A stretch of DNA of 64,000 bases, taken from NCBI GenBank assembly GCA_018667735.1, contig JABIRX010000015.1, positions 27,569 to 91,568 of the forward strand, given 5' to 3'. The first letter of the stretch is position 1. Every line of letters begins with the position of its first letter. This document shows, in pieces, positions 1 to 10,400 of this stretch. Position numbers and translations under genes: made by a program. Origin of the DNA: Alphaproteobacteria bacterium. Its GTDB lineage: Bacteria; Pseudomonadota; Alphaproteobacteria; Rickettsiales; JABIRX01. The notes under the pieces were generated by a model. It saw nothing but the letters and a program-made list of their open reading frames with translations, was not told the origin of the DNA and ran no database searches.

Positions 1-1
1 T

Positions 2-583
2 GCTGCTTTAATAGTAGCGCCATATTATAACAAGCCATCACAAAGAGGGCTTTATGAACATTTTAAAAGTATTCATGATAATACCAATATTCCTATTATC
101 TTATATAATATACCAGGTAGATCTGTAGTTAATATTGACCTGGAACTGATGGCAAATCTTGCCAAATTACCCAGAATTATAGGAGTTAAAGATGCAACTG
201 CAGATTTAACTTTACCACAAAAAATCAAAAATCTTATTGGTAATGATTTTATACAGCTTTCAGGCGAAGATGGCTCTGTTATTGAGTATAATAAGCAGGG
301 TGGAGTAGGTGTAATATCTGTGACAGCTAACATCGCACCTGAGCTTTGCGTTGCTCAGCAAAATGCTTTCTTTGCTAATGATTTAACCAAGGCTGATAAT
401 ATTACCAAAAAATTAGCAGAGATTAATGAGGTGTTGTTTTGCGAAACAAACCCAATGCCAGTGAAATTTGCAGCTGAGTTATTAGGTTTATGTACAGGTG
501 AATTAAGATTACCTTTAATTGAAGTTGAAAAAAGATCTCAAGAAAAAATTAAAAGAGCTTTAAAGAATTTAGCTTTAATTTAA
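2..583 (+). CDS. dapA: 4-hydroxy-tetrahydrodipicolinate synthase, 5'-truncated by the window edge
   Basis: The frame is open from base 2 and reads AALIVAPYYNKPSQRGLYEHFKSIHDNTNIPIILYNIPGRS...IIGVKDATADL...GVISVTANIAPE. This fits the DapA family, including the GxKDAT context of the Schiff-base lysine. The ORF track lists only the internal-Met part, 149..583. Confidence 0.9.
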   Translation, partial: AALIVAPYYNKPSQRGLYEHFKSIHDNTNIPIILYNIPGRSVVNIDLELMANLAKLPRIIGVKDATADLTLPQKIKNLIGNDFIQLSGEDGSVIEYNKQGGVGVISVTANIAPELCVAQQNAFFANDLTKADNITKKLAEINEVLFCETNPMPVKFAAELLGLCTGELRLPLIEVEKRSQEKIKRALKNLALI

Positions 584-584
584 G

Positions 585-1049
585 ATGTTGGAGCAGAAAA
601 TAATCTTACATAATAGAAGAGCTAAATTTGATTATAAGATAGAAGGAGTTATTGAGGCTGGAGTTGTTTTGTTAGGACCTGAGGTGAAATCTCTGAGAGG
701 AGGAGCTGCTAGTTTTAATGATAGTTTCATTTATCCTAAAGGTAATGAGGTTTTTATCCATAATCTTTATATAGCTCCTTATGAACATATGAGTAGTTAT
801 AAAATAGATCCACTCAGATTAAGAAAGTTATTATTACATAAAAAGCAAGTTAGTAAATTAATGGGCTTAGCAAAAAAAAGTGGTGTTTCTATAGTTCCAT
901 TGAAAATGTATTTCAACAGTAAAAATTTTGTTAAGTTGGAAATTGCAATAGCAACAGGAAAGAAAAAACATGATAAAAGACAAGCAATAAAAGACAGAGA
1001 ATGGGGGCGTAAGAAAGAATCCTTATTTAAACAGACTATAAAAGAGTAA
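585..1049 (+). CDS. smpB: SsrA-binding protein SmpB
   Basis: 154 aa. HNRRAKFDYKIEGVIEAGVVLLGPEVKSLR and the basic C-terminal tail KKKHDKRQAIKDREW are typical of SmpB. It starts 1 nt after dapA, and dapA-smpB adjacency is common in Alphaproteobacteria. Confidence 0.95.
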   Translation: MLEQKIILHNRRAKFDYKIEGVIEAGVVLLGPEVKSLRGGAASFNDSFIYPKGNEVFIHNLYIAPYEHMSSYKIDPLRLRKLLLHKKQVSKLMGLAKKSGVSIVPLKMYFNSKNFVKLEIAIATGKKKHDKRQAIKDREWGRKKESLFKQTIKE

Positions 1050-3784
1050 TGAAAAATATTTTAACCAAAATATTAAATATTACATTTCTATTTATATTAT
1101 TCTTAGTTTTTTTTGCTATGTATTTTTACAGCTTAGTAATTATTAAGCCGCGTAATATTACTACTATAGTAAATAAAAGCTTTTCCTATTTAGATATAAC
1201 AGATAATGGGCTTAGCTTTGATGCAGAAACCATTATGTTAGAGTGGAATAAACAAAGCTTTAGTTTTGATTTTAGATTATATAATACAAATATAACTATT
1301 AACAATAACACCTTAACCTTACCTTCTATTTTATTAGATATTAGCAAAAAAAACTTGCTCTTAGGTAAATTAAAATTGGATAATATTTCTATAGCGCAAC
1401 TAGATTATAATTATCAAAATAATGCGATAAAACAAAGTTTAGCGTTTAAGGCAGTATATCAAGATTTACTGGCTAAGTTAAATAGCTTAACCAGCGATAT
1501 TTTTAAAATAGGCTCTGTTTACATTGGCAAATTAAATATTAAGGATGTTTCTGGTAATAATTTGTTAAAAATAAGCAAGCTTTCTTATGAAACAAGCTTT
1601 GTTAAACATAAATATCACTTGTTCAGTAGCTTTAATGTTGGAGCGGATAGTAGGGTTTCGTTATTATGTATAATGGACCAAGAGCCCAATCTTGAGCATT
1701 GTGACATAAATATTTATGATTTTAGTGCAAAAAAGCTTAAAGATAAATTTAATTATTTTGCAAAATACTCAAACATATTAGATGCAAATTTAAAAATTAA
1801 TAAATCAGAAAATGACAAATATAATATTAGTTTTACTACTAATATAAATCATACAACAAATGTAAATGAGCATATTTACCTCAAGCTAGAGGGGGGTCTA
1901 GCGCAAAATATAATCAATTTGACAAGCTCTAATATAACTGATTTTAATAAAAAAGTAGCTCTATCAGCTACATATGATTTAAATAAAAATTTTCTTTCAT
2001 GGAGCATATTGGGCGAAAATTTACAGAAAAAAGATATATTATTTATGTGGCCCAATAATATTGCAAGACAAGCTAAAATATGGTTAGAAAAAGCGTTAAT
2101 ATATACTGAGCTTGAGAATTTTAATATAGCTGGTGATATTAACTTTCAGGAGAAAAAAATTCTTAAATTTTTTAAAGCAGATTTCAAAGTCAAGAATAGT
2201 AGTTTAAAAGCTACTGACAATCTTTCTCTTATTACAAATATTGATGGCACAATAAGATTATTAAATAAAAAACTAAATATAAATATTGCAAAAGCTAAAT
2301 TAGAAGATGAAATTGTTAATAATATTGAAATAAAAATAGCTGAATTAAAGAAGTTAGACTCAGAGTTATTAATAAAAAGCAAATTAAATTTGAAGACGCT
2401 AAATTTAATTAATTTTTTATTGAAAGAAAAATTAACAACTAAGCAACTAAGCTTACTTAATAGCTACTTCTCCAATAGTAAAATTAAGGGTGATTTTATT
2501 TTATTATACCTAATTGGTGGAAAAAGAGGAATAAAGGATTTTCAATTAGATTTTAAAGGTAATTTAATTGGCGCAATTAAATCTTTTATCTCTGCTAATT
2601 CTAATAGTGATATTATTTTAACTAAGAAACTAAATAGTAATTCTTTTAAACTTGCAGCAGATCTTAAAAATGCAAAGTTTTTTATAGAAAATTTAGCAGG
2701 AGCAAAAGAAATAGGGGATAAACTAAAATTAGATACAATAATCTATAAAGATTCTAATAATTTAAACTTTAATCATATTTCTATGCTTGGGTCAAATGTA
2801 GATATTAAAGGTGAAATTGCGCTAAAAAAAGGAGAGTTGGAACGTATTTATTTTGATAAAGTTAACTTTGCAGATAATATATTCTCAATTAACTTACTTA
2901 ATAATGGTACTAATTTAAAAGGTAAAGTAGCTGCGCAGAATTTGTTGTTGTCAGATAATATTTTTGTCAAAAAGAATCAGTCTACTTCATTTAAAAATCT
3001 TAAATTTGATTATGAGTTAGATAAAGTAGGATTAATTAACAAAAACAGCTATTTTAGCTTAAAGGGAGTAATTAATTGCGTGGAGTTGTGTGATTTCATT
3101 TATGGTGAGGGTTCTTATAATGAGGAAAATAATTTTATTTTCAAATCTGATTTTAAAGATGGTTTTAGGCAAATTTATTTAGAATCAAGCAATTTAGGTG
3201 GTATTTTGTCAGTTAATAAAATATCTGATAAAATAGTAGGTGGAAGCTTGCGCTTAAATGGATATTTTGATAAAAAAAATAGTTTGAATGTTAAGGTAAA
3301 AATACATGATTTTTATGTTAAGCATAAAAATTACTTCAAAAAAATGGTGGAATTAGGTTTGTTAAAAAAAGAAAATATAGACCAAATCTCATTTGAGCAA
3401 GGGGAGATTAATTTAGTAATTAAAGATAATAAAGATATTAGTTTAGATGAAAGTAAATTTTATGGTGATTTAATAGGGGTTACTGCGGAAGGAACAATTG
3501 ATCTGAAAAATGATTATTTGAAGATTAAAGGACATGTGATACCTGCATATAAATTAAATAATTTATTTGCGGTGAAGGATATCCCAATAATAGGTAAGGT
3601 TCTAACTGGCAGGGAGCAAACTGGTATAATATCAGCAAAATATGATTTGACAGGATCAGTAACAAAGCCTGAATTTAAATTATATCCATTAAGTGCTTTA
3701 TTACCTAATATTACCAGAAGATTAAAAGATATTTTTACTAAAGATTTCTGGCTTTCGGATAAAAATAAAAAAGAGATAAAGTAG
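1049..3784 (+). CDS. Large membrane-anchored AsmA/YhdP-like protein (DUF3971 / AsmA-like C-terminal type)
   Basis: 911 aa with an N-terminal TM helix (ITFLFILFLVFFAMYFYSLVII) and a long Asn/Lys-rich body. The C terminus reads GTIDLKNDYLKIKGHVIPAYKLNNLFAVKDIPIIGKVLTGREQTGIISAKYDLTGSVTKPEFKLYPLSALLP, which resembles the conserved AsmA/YhdP C-terminal region as I remember it. Its ATG shares one base with the smpB stop codon. Confidence 0.55.
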   Translation: MKNILTKILNITFLFILFLVFFAMYFYSLVIIKPRNITTIVNKSFSYLDITDNGLSFDAETIMLEWNKQSFSFDFRLYNTNITINNNTLTLPSILLDISKKNLLLGKLKLDNISIAQLDYNYQNNAIKQSLAFKAVYQDLLAKLNSLTSDIFKIGSVYIGKLNIKDVSGNNLLKISKLSYETSFVKHKYHLFSSFNVGADSRVSLLCIMDQEPNLEHCDINIYDFSAKKLKDKFNYFAKYSNILDANLKINKSENDKYNISFTTNINHTTNVNEHIYLKLEGGLAQNIINLTSSNITDFNKKVALSATYDLNKNFLSWSILGENLQKKDILFMWPNNIARQAKIWLEKALIYTELENFNIAGDINFQEKKILKFFKADFKVKNSSLKATDNLSLITNIDGTIRLLNKKLNINIAKAKLEDEIVNNIEIKIAELKKLDSELLIKSKLNLKTLNLINFLLKEKLTTKQLSLLNSYFSNSKIKGDFILLYLIGGKRGIKDFQLDFKGNLIGAIKSFISANSNSDIILTKKLNSNSFKLAADLKNAKFFIENLAGAKEIGDKLKLDTIIYKDSNNLNFNHISMLGSNVDIKGEIALKKGELERIYFDKVNFADNIFSINLLNNGTNLKGKVAAQNLLLSDNIFVKKNQSTSFKNLKFDYELDKVGLINKNSYFSLKGVINCVELCDFIYGEGSYNEENNFIFKSDFKDGFRQIYLESSNLGGILSVNKISDKIVGGSLRLNGYFDKKNSLNVKVKIHDFYVKHKNYFKKMVELGLLKKENIDQISFEQGEINLVIKDNKDISLDESKFYGDLIGVTAEGTIDLKNDYLKIKGHVIPAYKLNNLFAVKDIPIIGKVLTGREQTGIISAKYDLTGSVTKPEFKLYPLSALLPNITRRLKDIFTKDFWLSDKNKKEIK

Positions 3785-3788
3785 TCTT

Positions 3789-4346
3789 TTAGCCTAAATA
3801 TCTCAAAAATATAAGTCTTGTTCTACCGTAGATTTTATTTAATAAAACTTCATATTTTTGATTTAGATCAAAGTTATTTCTTTTATCCGTCTCTAAGATA
3901 ATAATAGCATTGTCATCAAGCCAGTTCTCATTAGCTAACTTGTTTAAAGTAGCTGCTTCAAGTTTAAGTGAATATGGCGGATCTATAAAGCAAAAATTAT
4001 ATTTTCTAGGGTTATTATATAATTTATTGATGTCAGAAGCAATGAAATTTACCTCTTCTTTCTGTAGTATTACAGCGTTACTTTGAAAAGTTTTTTTAAG
4101 TTTTGGGTTTTGATCAATTAATGTTGCTACTTTTACACCTCTTGACAGAAACTCAAACGCCATTATAGCAGAACCAGCATAAATTTCTAAATAATTTATC
4201 TTACTATATTCTCCAGATGGAATTAAGTTATTATGCTCTATTATGTTAAATATAGCTTCCCTTGTTTTGTTGGTGGTAGGGCGTACAGATTTGTCCTTGA
4301 TAGTTTTGATTACTCTGCCCTTATATTGACCATTAATTATTCTCAT
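3789..4346 (-). CDS. rsmD: 16S rRNA (guanine966-N2)-methyltransferase RsmD
   Basis: 185 aa. MRIINGQYKGRVIKT...RPTTNKTREAIFNII plus the DPPY motif (FCFIDPPY) match the RsmD family pattern. Confidence 0.85.
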   Translation of the reverse strand: MRIINGQYKGRVIKTIKDKSVRPTTNKTREAIFNIIEHNNLIPSGEYSKINYLEIYAGSAIMAFEFLSRGVKVATLIDQNPKLKKTFQSNAVILQKEEVNFIASDINKLYNNPRKYNFCFIDPPYSLKLEAATLNKLANENWLDDNAIIILETDKRNNFDLNQKYEVLLNKIYGRTRLIFLRYLG

Positions 4347-5359
4347 TTATTTCTGTTGCTCAAAATTAAAACAAAATATTTAAGTAAGTTATTTGCTTTA
4401 AGGCTATTATTAAATTTTATTGTTTTTTCTAAATTTTCTAATTTTAGTAATATTTGTGTTAAAGAATTACTTGTCCATTTTCTTGTATGTCCCTCCAAAA
4501 TATTTTTTTGCTTAAAAAAAACAGGAGGTCTCAAATTTTTAATTGCTTCATTAAAGCTGTTACCATCTTCAATATTGCTTCTAACTACTTTAATGCGCTG
4601 GAAATAATTAACCATAACTCTAATAATGGTTATAGGCATTACAGAAGAATTTAACAGCTCTTCTAGCAAATTAGTAGCTAATTTAGGGTTATGATCTGCT
4701 ATTGCATTTGCAAGGGTTTGAAAGTCTTGACTGCTACCAGTTGTGATTAATGTTTCTACAGCTTCAAAATCTAGAGAAGATTTATCTAAGAAATAGATTT
4801 TTAGCTTCTTTAATTCTTGTTGAAGCAGCAATCTATCACCTGTTAAATTATGGGCTATATATGATAATATTTCATGTGAAGGATTAAGGCTTTTTAGTTC
4901 TAATTTGGCTATATTATAGACTATATTATGGTCATCTTTATAACATGGTAAGGCAGCAAAATTATCATGCTTAGTTTCAAAAAACTTACGCAAGCTAGAG
5001 GATGGTATTAGCTCACTTGCTAGTAACAAAATAAAACAATCAGATTTTTTGTTTTTTATAGTATTTTCTATAATTTTTGTAAAACTTGCTTGGCAGTTAT
5101 ATATAACTATAAATTTTCTACCACCCAAAAGAGAAATGGAATTGACCTCATCTAATAATCTTGTTGGCTCTTTTATTAGATCTTCTGCACTAAATTTGTT
5201 AAACAACATATCATCAAAATTATCACCCATGATATTTTTAATGATGTTGTTTTTTCTTATAATCGCAAGACCAGAGTCTGGACCATATAATAAGGCAGAA
5301 TCTAAATTAGAAATTTGGCTATTTATAAAATTATCTATTGCCGCTGCTGCAAGTTTCAT
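4343..5359 (-). CDS. holA: DNA polymerase III delta subunit
   Basis: 338 aa. The N terminus (ALLYGPDSGL) and overall length fit HolA. It overlaps the rsmD start by 4 nt. Confidence 0.75.
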   Translation of the reverse strand: MKLAAAAIDNFINSQISNLDSALLYGPDSGLAIIRKNNIIKNIMGDNFDDMLFNKFSAEDLIKEPTRLLDEVNSISLLGGRKFIVIYNCQASFTKIIENTIKNKKSDCFILLLASELIPSSSLRKFFETKHDNFAALPCYKDDHNIVYNIAKLELKSLNPSHEILSYIAHNLTGDRLLLQQELKKLKIYFLDKSSLDFEAVETLITTGSSQDFQTLANAIADHNPKLATNLLEELLNSSVMPITIIRVMVNYFQRIKVVRSNIEDGNSFNEAIKNLRPPVFFKQKNILEGHTRKWTSNSLTQILLKLENLEKTIKFNNSLKANNLLKYFVLILSNRNK

Positions 5360-5364
5360 AAATT

Positions 5365-5973
5365 TTAATTATGTAGCCAAGGTTGTTTTGCTTTTTGTGC
5401 TATTTCAAATTTTTCTATTTTATCTTTTGCTAACATAGTTAAGGAAATGTCGTCAAGACCCTCTAATAAGCATTTCTTGCGGAATGCGTCAATCTTAAAA
5501 TTAATTATAGTTTGGTCAGATAAAATGATTTGCTGATCGTCTAAATTAACCGTAGCAGAAATGTTCGAGGTGGAGATAATATCCCAAATTAATGAAATTT
5601 GCTCTTTCTCTAATTTTATGGGCAAAATACTATTTTTAAAGCAATTATTATAGAAGATATCAGCATAAGAAGTTGCAATAATTACTTTAATGCCAAAATC
5701 AGCAATTGCCCAAGGTGCGTGCTCCCTACTAGAGCCACAACCAAAATTGTCACCACTTATTAATATTTCAGTTTTCTGGTATCTTTCTTGATTCAAAATA
5801 AAATCTGGAATAATATTTCCGTTTAAATCAAAGCGCATTTCGTGAAATAAATTCACACCCAGACCTGTTCTTTTGATTGTTTTTAGAAACTGCTTGGGAA
5901 TTATCATATCTGTGTCTACATTATCCAATTGCAAAGGTGCTATTATGGATTTTACTGTATTAAATTTTTTCAT
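5365..5973 (-). CDS. leuD: 3-isopropylmalate dehydratase small subunit
   Basis: 202 aa. NVDTDMIIPKQFLK, GDNFGCGSSREHAPWAI and IATSYADIFYNNCFKN are LeuD/aconitase swivel-domain signatures. No leuC lies next to it. Confidence 0.9.
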   Translation of the reverse strand: MKKFNTVKSIIAPLQLDNVDTDMIIPKQFLKTIKRTGLGVNLFHEMRFDLNGNIIPDFILNQERYQKTEILISGDNFGCGSSREHAPWAIADFGIKVIIATSYADIFYNNCFKNSILPIKLEKEQISLIWDIISTSNISATVNLDDQQIILSDQTIINFKIDAFRKKCLLEGLDDISLTMLAKDKIEKFEIAQKAKQPWLHN

Positions 5974-6039
5974 TTTAATGTTTTTTATTTTTAAGATGTT
6001 ACAATAAACAATAAGCTTTTTAATTTGAAGTTTTATTTT

Positions 6040-6438
6040 ATGAAGATTGCTATTAGTTCATATTTCTTATTATTTCTGCTTCTAAATAACTGTAGCAGCA
6101 ATTATGTTACATTTAATTTTCATAAAGTTACAGCAGAGATAAATAATAGTAAAATAGGTATGCTAAAACTGTCGGATGCTAGAGCTAAGTTGAAATGTAA
6201 CTATTTATTAGATTTTAATAGCAGCGGGGAAGTTGTATTAATTATTAAAACAGACAAAGGTGACTTAAAATTACTTTTTAACCACAAAAATGTTCTCAGC
6301 TTTATTAAATACCCAGAAAATGGTGCAATTAATGAATATATAGAATATCAAGACAGTATTTATCATATACCTAATACATATAAACCACATAATAATATAA
6401 ATATCTTCATAGAAGACAAAGATAGGCTTAAAAATTAA
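6040..6438 (+). CDS. Hypothetical exported protein, possible lipoprotein
   Basis: Hydrophobic N terminus MKIAISSYFLLFLLLNNC with a non-canonical lipobox. I recognise no family. The ORF track begins at an upstream TTG (6025); I prefer the ATG at 6040. Confidence 0.4.
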   Translation: MKIAISSYFLLFLLLNNCSSNYVTFNFHKVTAEINNSKIGMLKLSDARAKLKCNYLLDFNSSGEVVLIIKTDKGDLKLLFNHKNVLSFIKYPENGAINEYIEYQDSIYHIPNTYKPHNNINIFIEDKDRLKN

Positions 6439-6512
6439 TCAACAAATTAGTAAAAAGCAATTGACAAAATGTAATGTAATATTATATTTTTTTCAACTTT
6501 TTAATATTAATT

Positions 6513-6977
6513 ATGATTATACAAAAAAAATGTAAAAAAATTATACTAAGCGCAATAATGTGCTATAGTGTTAATACATATGCTGCGAATGAAAACTGTA
6601 TGCAGAGCTTAGATGATTTTAAATGTCTTGAATTTATCAAGAATTATGATGGTGATACAGCTACATTCAATGTGCCAAACATACATCCACTATTTGGGCA
6701 GAAGTTAAATATATCATTAGCTAAGGTGAAGTCTCCAAGCATATATTCCAGAAATAAATGTGAAAAGAAGTTAGCTAAAGAAATTAAGATAAAAGTAAGA
6801 AAAATCTTAAAAGATGCTAAGTCTATAGAAGTTAAGAACATTGCAAGAGATAAGAAGTTTGCAATAAAAGGAGAGCTGTTTATTGATGGTAAAAGCTTAT
6901 CTAAGAGGCTTTTAAAAGAACAGATGGCGGTTCCAATCAAGGATTATAAAAACACCGATTGGTGCAAGATGGGATAA
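6513..6977 (+). CDS. Secreted staphylococcal-nuclease (SNase/thermonuclease) fold protein with substituted catalytic positions
   Basis: Signal peptide ending ...VNTYA/AN. IKNYDGDT, AKSIEVKN and RDKKFAIKGELFIDGKSL align by eye with SNase IKAIDGDT, AKKIEVEF and TDKYGRGLAYIYADGKMV. The RLxxxDTPE segment reads ISLAKVKSPSI instead. Confidence 0.5.
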   Translation: MIIQKKCKKIILSAIMCYSVNTYAANENCMQSLDDFKCLEFIKNYDGDTATFNVPNIHPLFGQKLNISLAKVKSPSIYSRNKCEKKLAKEIKIKVRKILKDAKSIEVKNIARDKKFAIKGELFIDGKSLSKRLLKEQMAVPIKDYKNTDWCKMG

Positions 6978-6980
6978 AAA

Positions 6981-7008
6981 AAAAGACCATGGTTTTCCAT
7001 GGTCTTTT
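6981..7008. terminator. Bidirectional rho-independent terminator between convergent genes
   Basis: aaaagaccatgg-tttt-ccatggtctttt forms a perfect 12-bp stem with A-tract and T-tract flanks. It lies between the stop at 6977 (+) and the stop at 7029 (-). Confidence 0.65.
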
Positions 7009-7028
7009 TAAGTAAGAAAAAGTTAAAA

Positions 7029-7301
7029 TTAATTAACTGCTTCTTTGAATTTCTTACCAGATCTAAACTTAGGTTGATTAGCTGCTTTTATGCTTATCGG
7101 CTCGCCTGTTCTAGGATTTCTTCCAGTTGTTGCTTTTCTATGTGTTTTGTAGAAAGTACCAAAACCTACTATTGTCACTTGCTCGTCCGCTGATACATTT
7201 TCTTGCACAGCTTCACAAAAAGCGTTAATAAAGTCATTTACTTGTTGTTGGCTGCATCCAGTTTTAGCTGCGATGTCTTTAGTTAGTTTAGCTTTGCTCA
7301 T
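7029..7301 (-). CDS. hup: DNA-binding protein HU
   Basis: MSKAKLTKDIAAKTG...VTIVGFGTFYKTHRKATTGRNPRTGEPISIKAANQPKFRSGKKFKEAVN is a classic HU/IHF fold sequence. I prefer the ATG at 7301 over the ORF-track start at 7316. Confidence 0.9.
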   Translation of the reverse strand: MSKAKLTKDIAAKTGCSQQQVNDFINAFCEAVQENVSADEQVTIVGFGTFYKTHRKATTGRNPRTGEPISIKAANQPKFRSGKKFKEAVN

Positions 7302-7403
7302 GATAAAAACCTGCAAATAGAATTAATATGTAATAATATTACTACTGGGATAAACGTATAAATCAAGCATATAGTTGCTTTTTTTTTAAATTAAATTTTA
7401 AAT

Positions 7404-10400
7404 TTAATTTAAATTAGTTTTTTCCAGCTTTTCACTAAGTTTATCTATTATGGCATGATTTAGCATAAGTGTCTGATTAGTGTCAATAATGAAGTTCTTT
7501 TGTTGCCAGTTAAATTCTAATAGAAATTTAATTGGGTAATCTCCTTTATTTAATGAAATTTGATGATTTAATTGTTCAATTTCTGCAAGGTTATAAAGTT
7601 TTATTTTAAGAGTTTGATGTTTGTCTTTCAAAAAAACATCAATGGTAACCATTTTGTTGGCGATAACTCTAGTGCCATTATCGTCATTTTTTAAGCTTGC
7701 TGAAATTACTATGGTATTTCCATTAAAAATTATATCACGATATTTAGAAATTAACTCTTCATCAAATATAGAAATATCTATAACGCCATATTGATCAGAT
7801 AAATTAAGTGTTAGGAACCTACCTTTTTTACCTGATCTTTGTTTGTAGCTAATAATTACGCCAGAAATAATGATTTCTTTGGTTTTTTCCGTTGATTTTG
7901 CTATTTCTGCAGAGGTTGTAATATTTTGATTCTTTAAGATAGGTAGAAACCTCTCTAATGGATGCTCTGTTAAGTAGAATCCAAAAGCGTCAAATTCATT
8001 TTGTAGTTTTTCTTTAGCGTTGAAAAATTCGCAATTTTCTATAGAAAAGCTAATATTCGTATCTATATCGTCACTAAATAAAGCTTGTTGGTTTGAATTT
8101 TTTTCTATTTCGTAATTTTGTGTCAGCTTTATAATATACTCCAGAGAATTAATTAGCTTAGCCCGATTAATTTCCAAATTATCCAGACTACCAGATTTTA
8201 TAAGGCTTTCTAATTGCCTTTTTTGTATTATTTTGCTGCCACATCTTTTGATCAGATCCAAGATATTGGTGAAATTTTTATTACCTCTTTTTATGACTAA
8301 TTCATCAATAATAGCTTTTCCTACTGATTTTAGGGCAGCTAAGCCATATCTTATTGATTTAATGCCATTCTTTAGTTCAACAGAAAATAATGCGGATGAT
8401 AAATTAATATCAGGAGGTAAAATTTCTATGTTAAGATTTTTTGCTTCCTGAATAAAAAGGTTTAATTTATCAGTGTCGTTATATTCCAAATTTAAAGTAG
8501 CAGTTATAAATTCTACTGCAAAATTTGCTTTTAAATATGCAGTTTGATAACCAATTAAAGCATATGCTGCAGCATGAGATTTGTTAAAGCCATAGCCAGC
8601 AAATTTAGCAACCAAATCAAATATTTCAGATGCTTTATGTTTGGTAATATTATTTGCTATTGCCCCTTTAACAAATATTTGTCTTTGCGCATCCATCTCT
8701 GCTTTGATTTTTTTCCCCATGGCGCGCCTCAGAAGATCTGCTTCTCCTAAGCTATACCCTGCAAGAATTTGTGCTATTTGCATAACTTGTTCTTGATAAA
8801 TAATTACCCCAAAGGTCTCTTTTAAACAATCTTCTAAAAGTGGGTGCGGATATTCTGCTTCTGCTTTACCATGCTTTGTTGCAATGTATTTAGGAATATT
8901 ATCCATTGGACCTGGACGGTATAAAGAAATTAAAGCGATTAATTCTTCAATTCTATCAGGAACCATTTTTTTTAGGCAGTCTCTCATACCTGCACTTTCT
9001 AGTTGAAATACACCAATAGTATGACCCAAACTTAGCATTTTAAAAGTCTTGGGATCATTTAAAGGTATATTATCGATATTAAGCTTTAAATTTTGATTTT
9101 CAATTAACTCTATGCATTTTGCGATGACAGTTAAGGTTTTTAGACCTAAAAAATCAAATTTTACCAAACCTGACAATTCAGTATATTTCATTGAATATTG
9201 TACAACAGGCATATCAGACTTAGAGTCTTTATATAAGGGGATAAGGTCTAGTAGATTTTGGTTTGCTATGACAACTCCAGCTGCATGGGTAGAAGCATGT
9301 CTATGCAAACCTTCTAACTTAAGCCCCAAATCTAGCAATTTGGCAATTTGAGCGTCATTTTTTCTCTCTTGCTCGAGCAAGGGATCCATTTCAATAGCTT
9401 TTTTAAGTGTAACAGGATTTACAGGGTTAAAAGGTATCATTTTAGAAATTCTGTCAACCTGATGATAAGGCATTTGTAGAACTCTTCCTACATCTTTTAA
9501 TACAGCTTTTGCCTGTAATTTTCCGAAAGTAATAATCTGTGCAACACGATCTTTACCATATTTTTCTCTGACGTAATTAATTACTTCCTCCCTTCTTTCT
9601 TGACAAAAATCAATATCAAAATCAGGCATCGAGACTCTCTCAGGGTTTAAGAATCTTTCAAAAAGCAGACCAAATTCTAAAGGGTCTAAATCAGTTATCT
9701 TCATAACAAAAGCAACCATTGAACCAGCTCCACTTCCTCTACCTGGCCCAACTGGTATGTTATTGCTTTTGCTCCATTTTATAAAGTCAGATACAATTAA
9801 AAAATATCCAGGGAAACCCATTTTGATAATTATATCTAACTCATAAGTAAGCCTTTGCTGATATTTGGGATGTTTTTTAGCTGGAATATTATGACTTAAA
9901 AGCCTCTCAGCTAAGCCATTTTGCGCTTGTAATTTTAGTTCTTCTATTTCACTACTTTCTTTTACACTAAAATGTGGCAGGGAAGGTTCTGATGTGGTAG
10001 CAAAAAAAGAACATTTCTTTGCAATTAAAATAGTATTGTTAATGGCCTCAGGTAAATCTTTGAAAAGCTCTTGCATTGCTTCTTGAGATTTAAAATAATG
10101 CTCTTTAGTTTTAGCTTCTCTATTAGGGTCATCAATATATTGATTAGTAGCAATACAAGATAAAACATCTTGAGCATTATGCAGCTCTAAATCTGAATAT
10201 TTAACATCATTAGTTGCAACGATTGGTATATTTAATGTTTGTGCAAAAGAAAGTAATCCTGCTTCAGCGATATTTTCATTTTTGTAACCTAATCTTGATA
10301 ACTCTATATATAGCTCACTATCTAGCTTATTATAAAATTTTATAATTTTTTCTGCTTCTTTAGTTTGTTTGTTTTTGGCCGCTTGATATAAAAGGCCTTC

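Noticed and set aside
7387-7411. 25-nt AT-only near-perfect palindrome (taaattaaattttaaatttaattta) spanning the dnaE stop codon
   Set aside because: The stem would be A/T only with essentially no loop, so the hairpin would be very weak. Such palindromes are common in AT-rich spacers. I do not call it a terminator or binding site.
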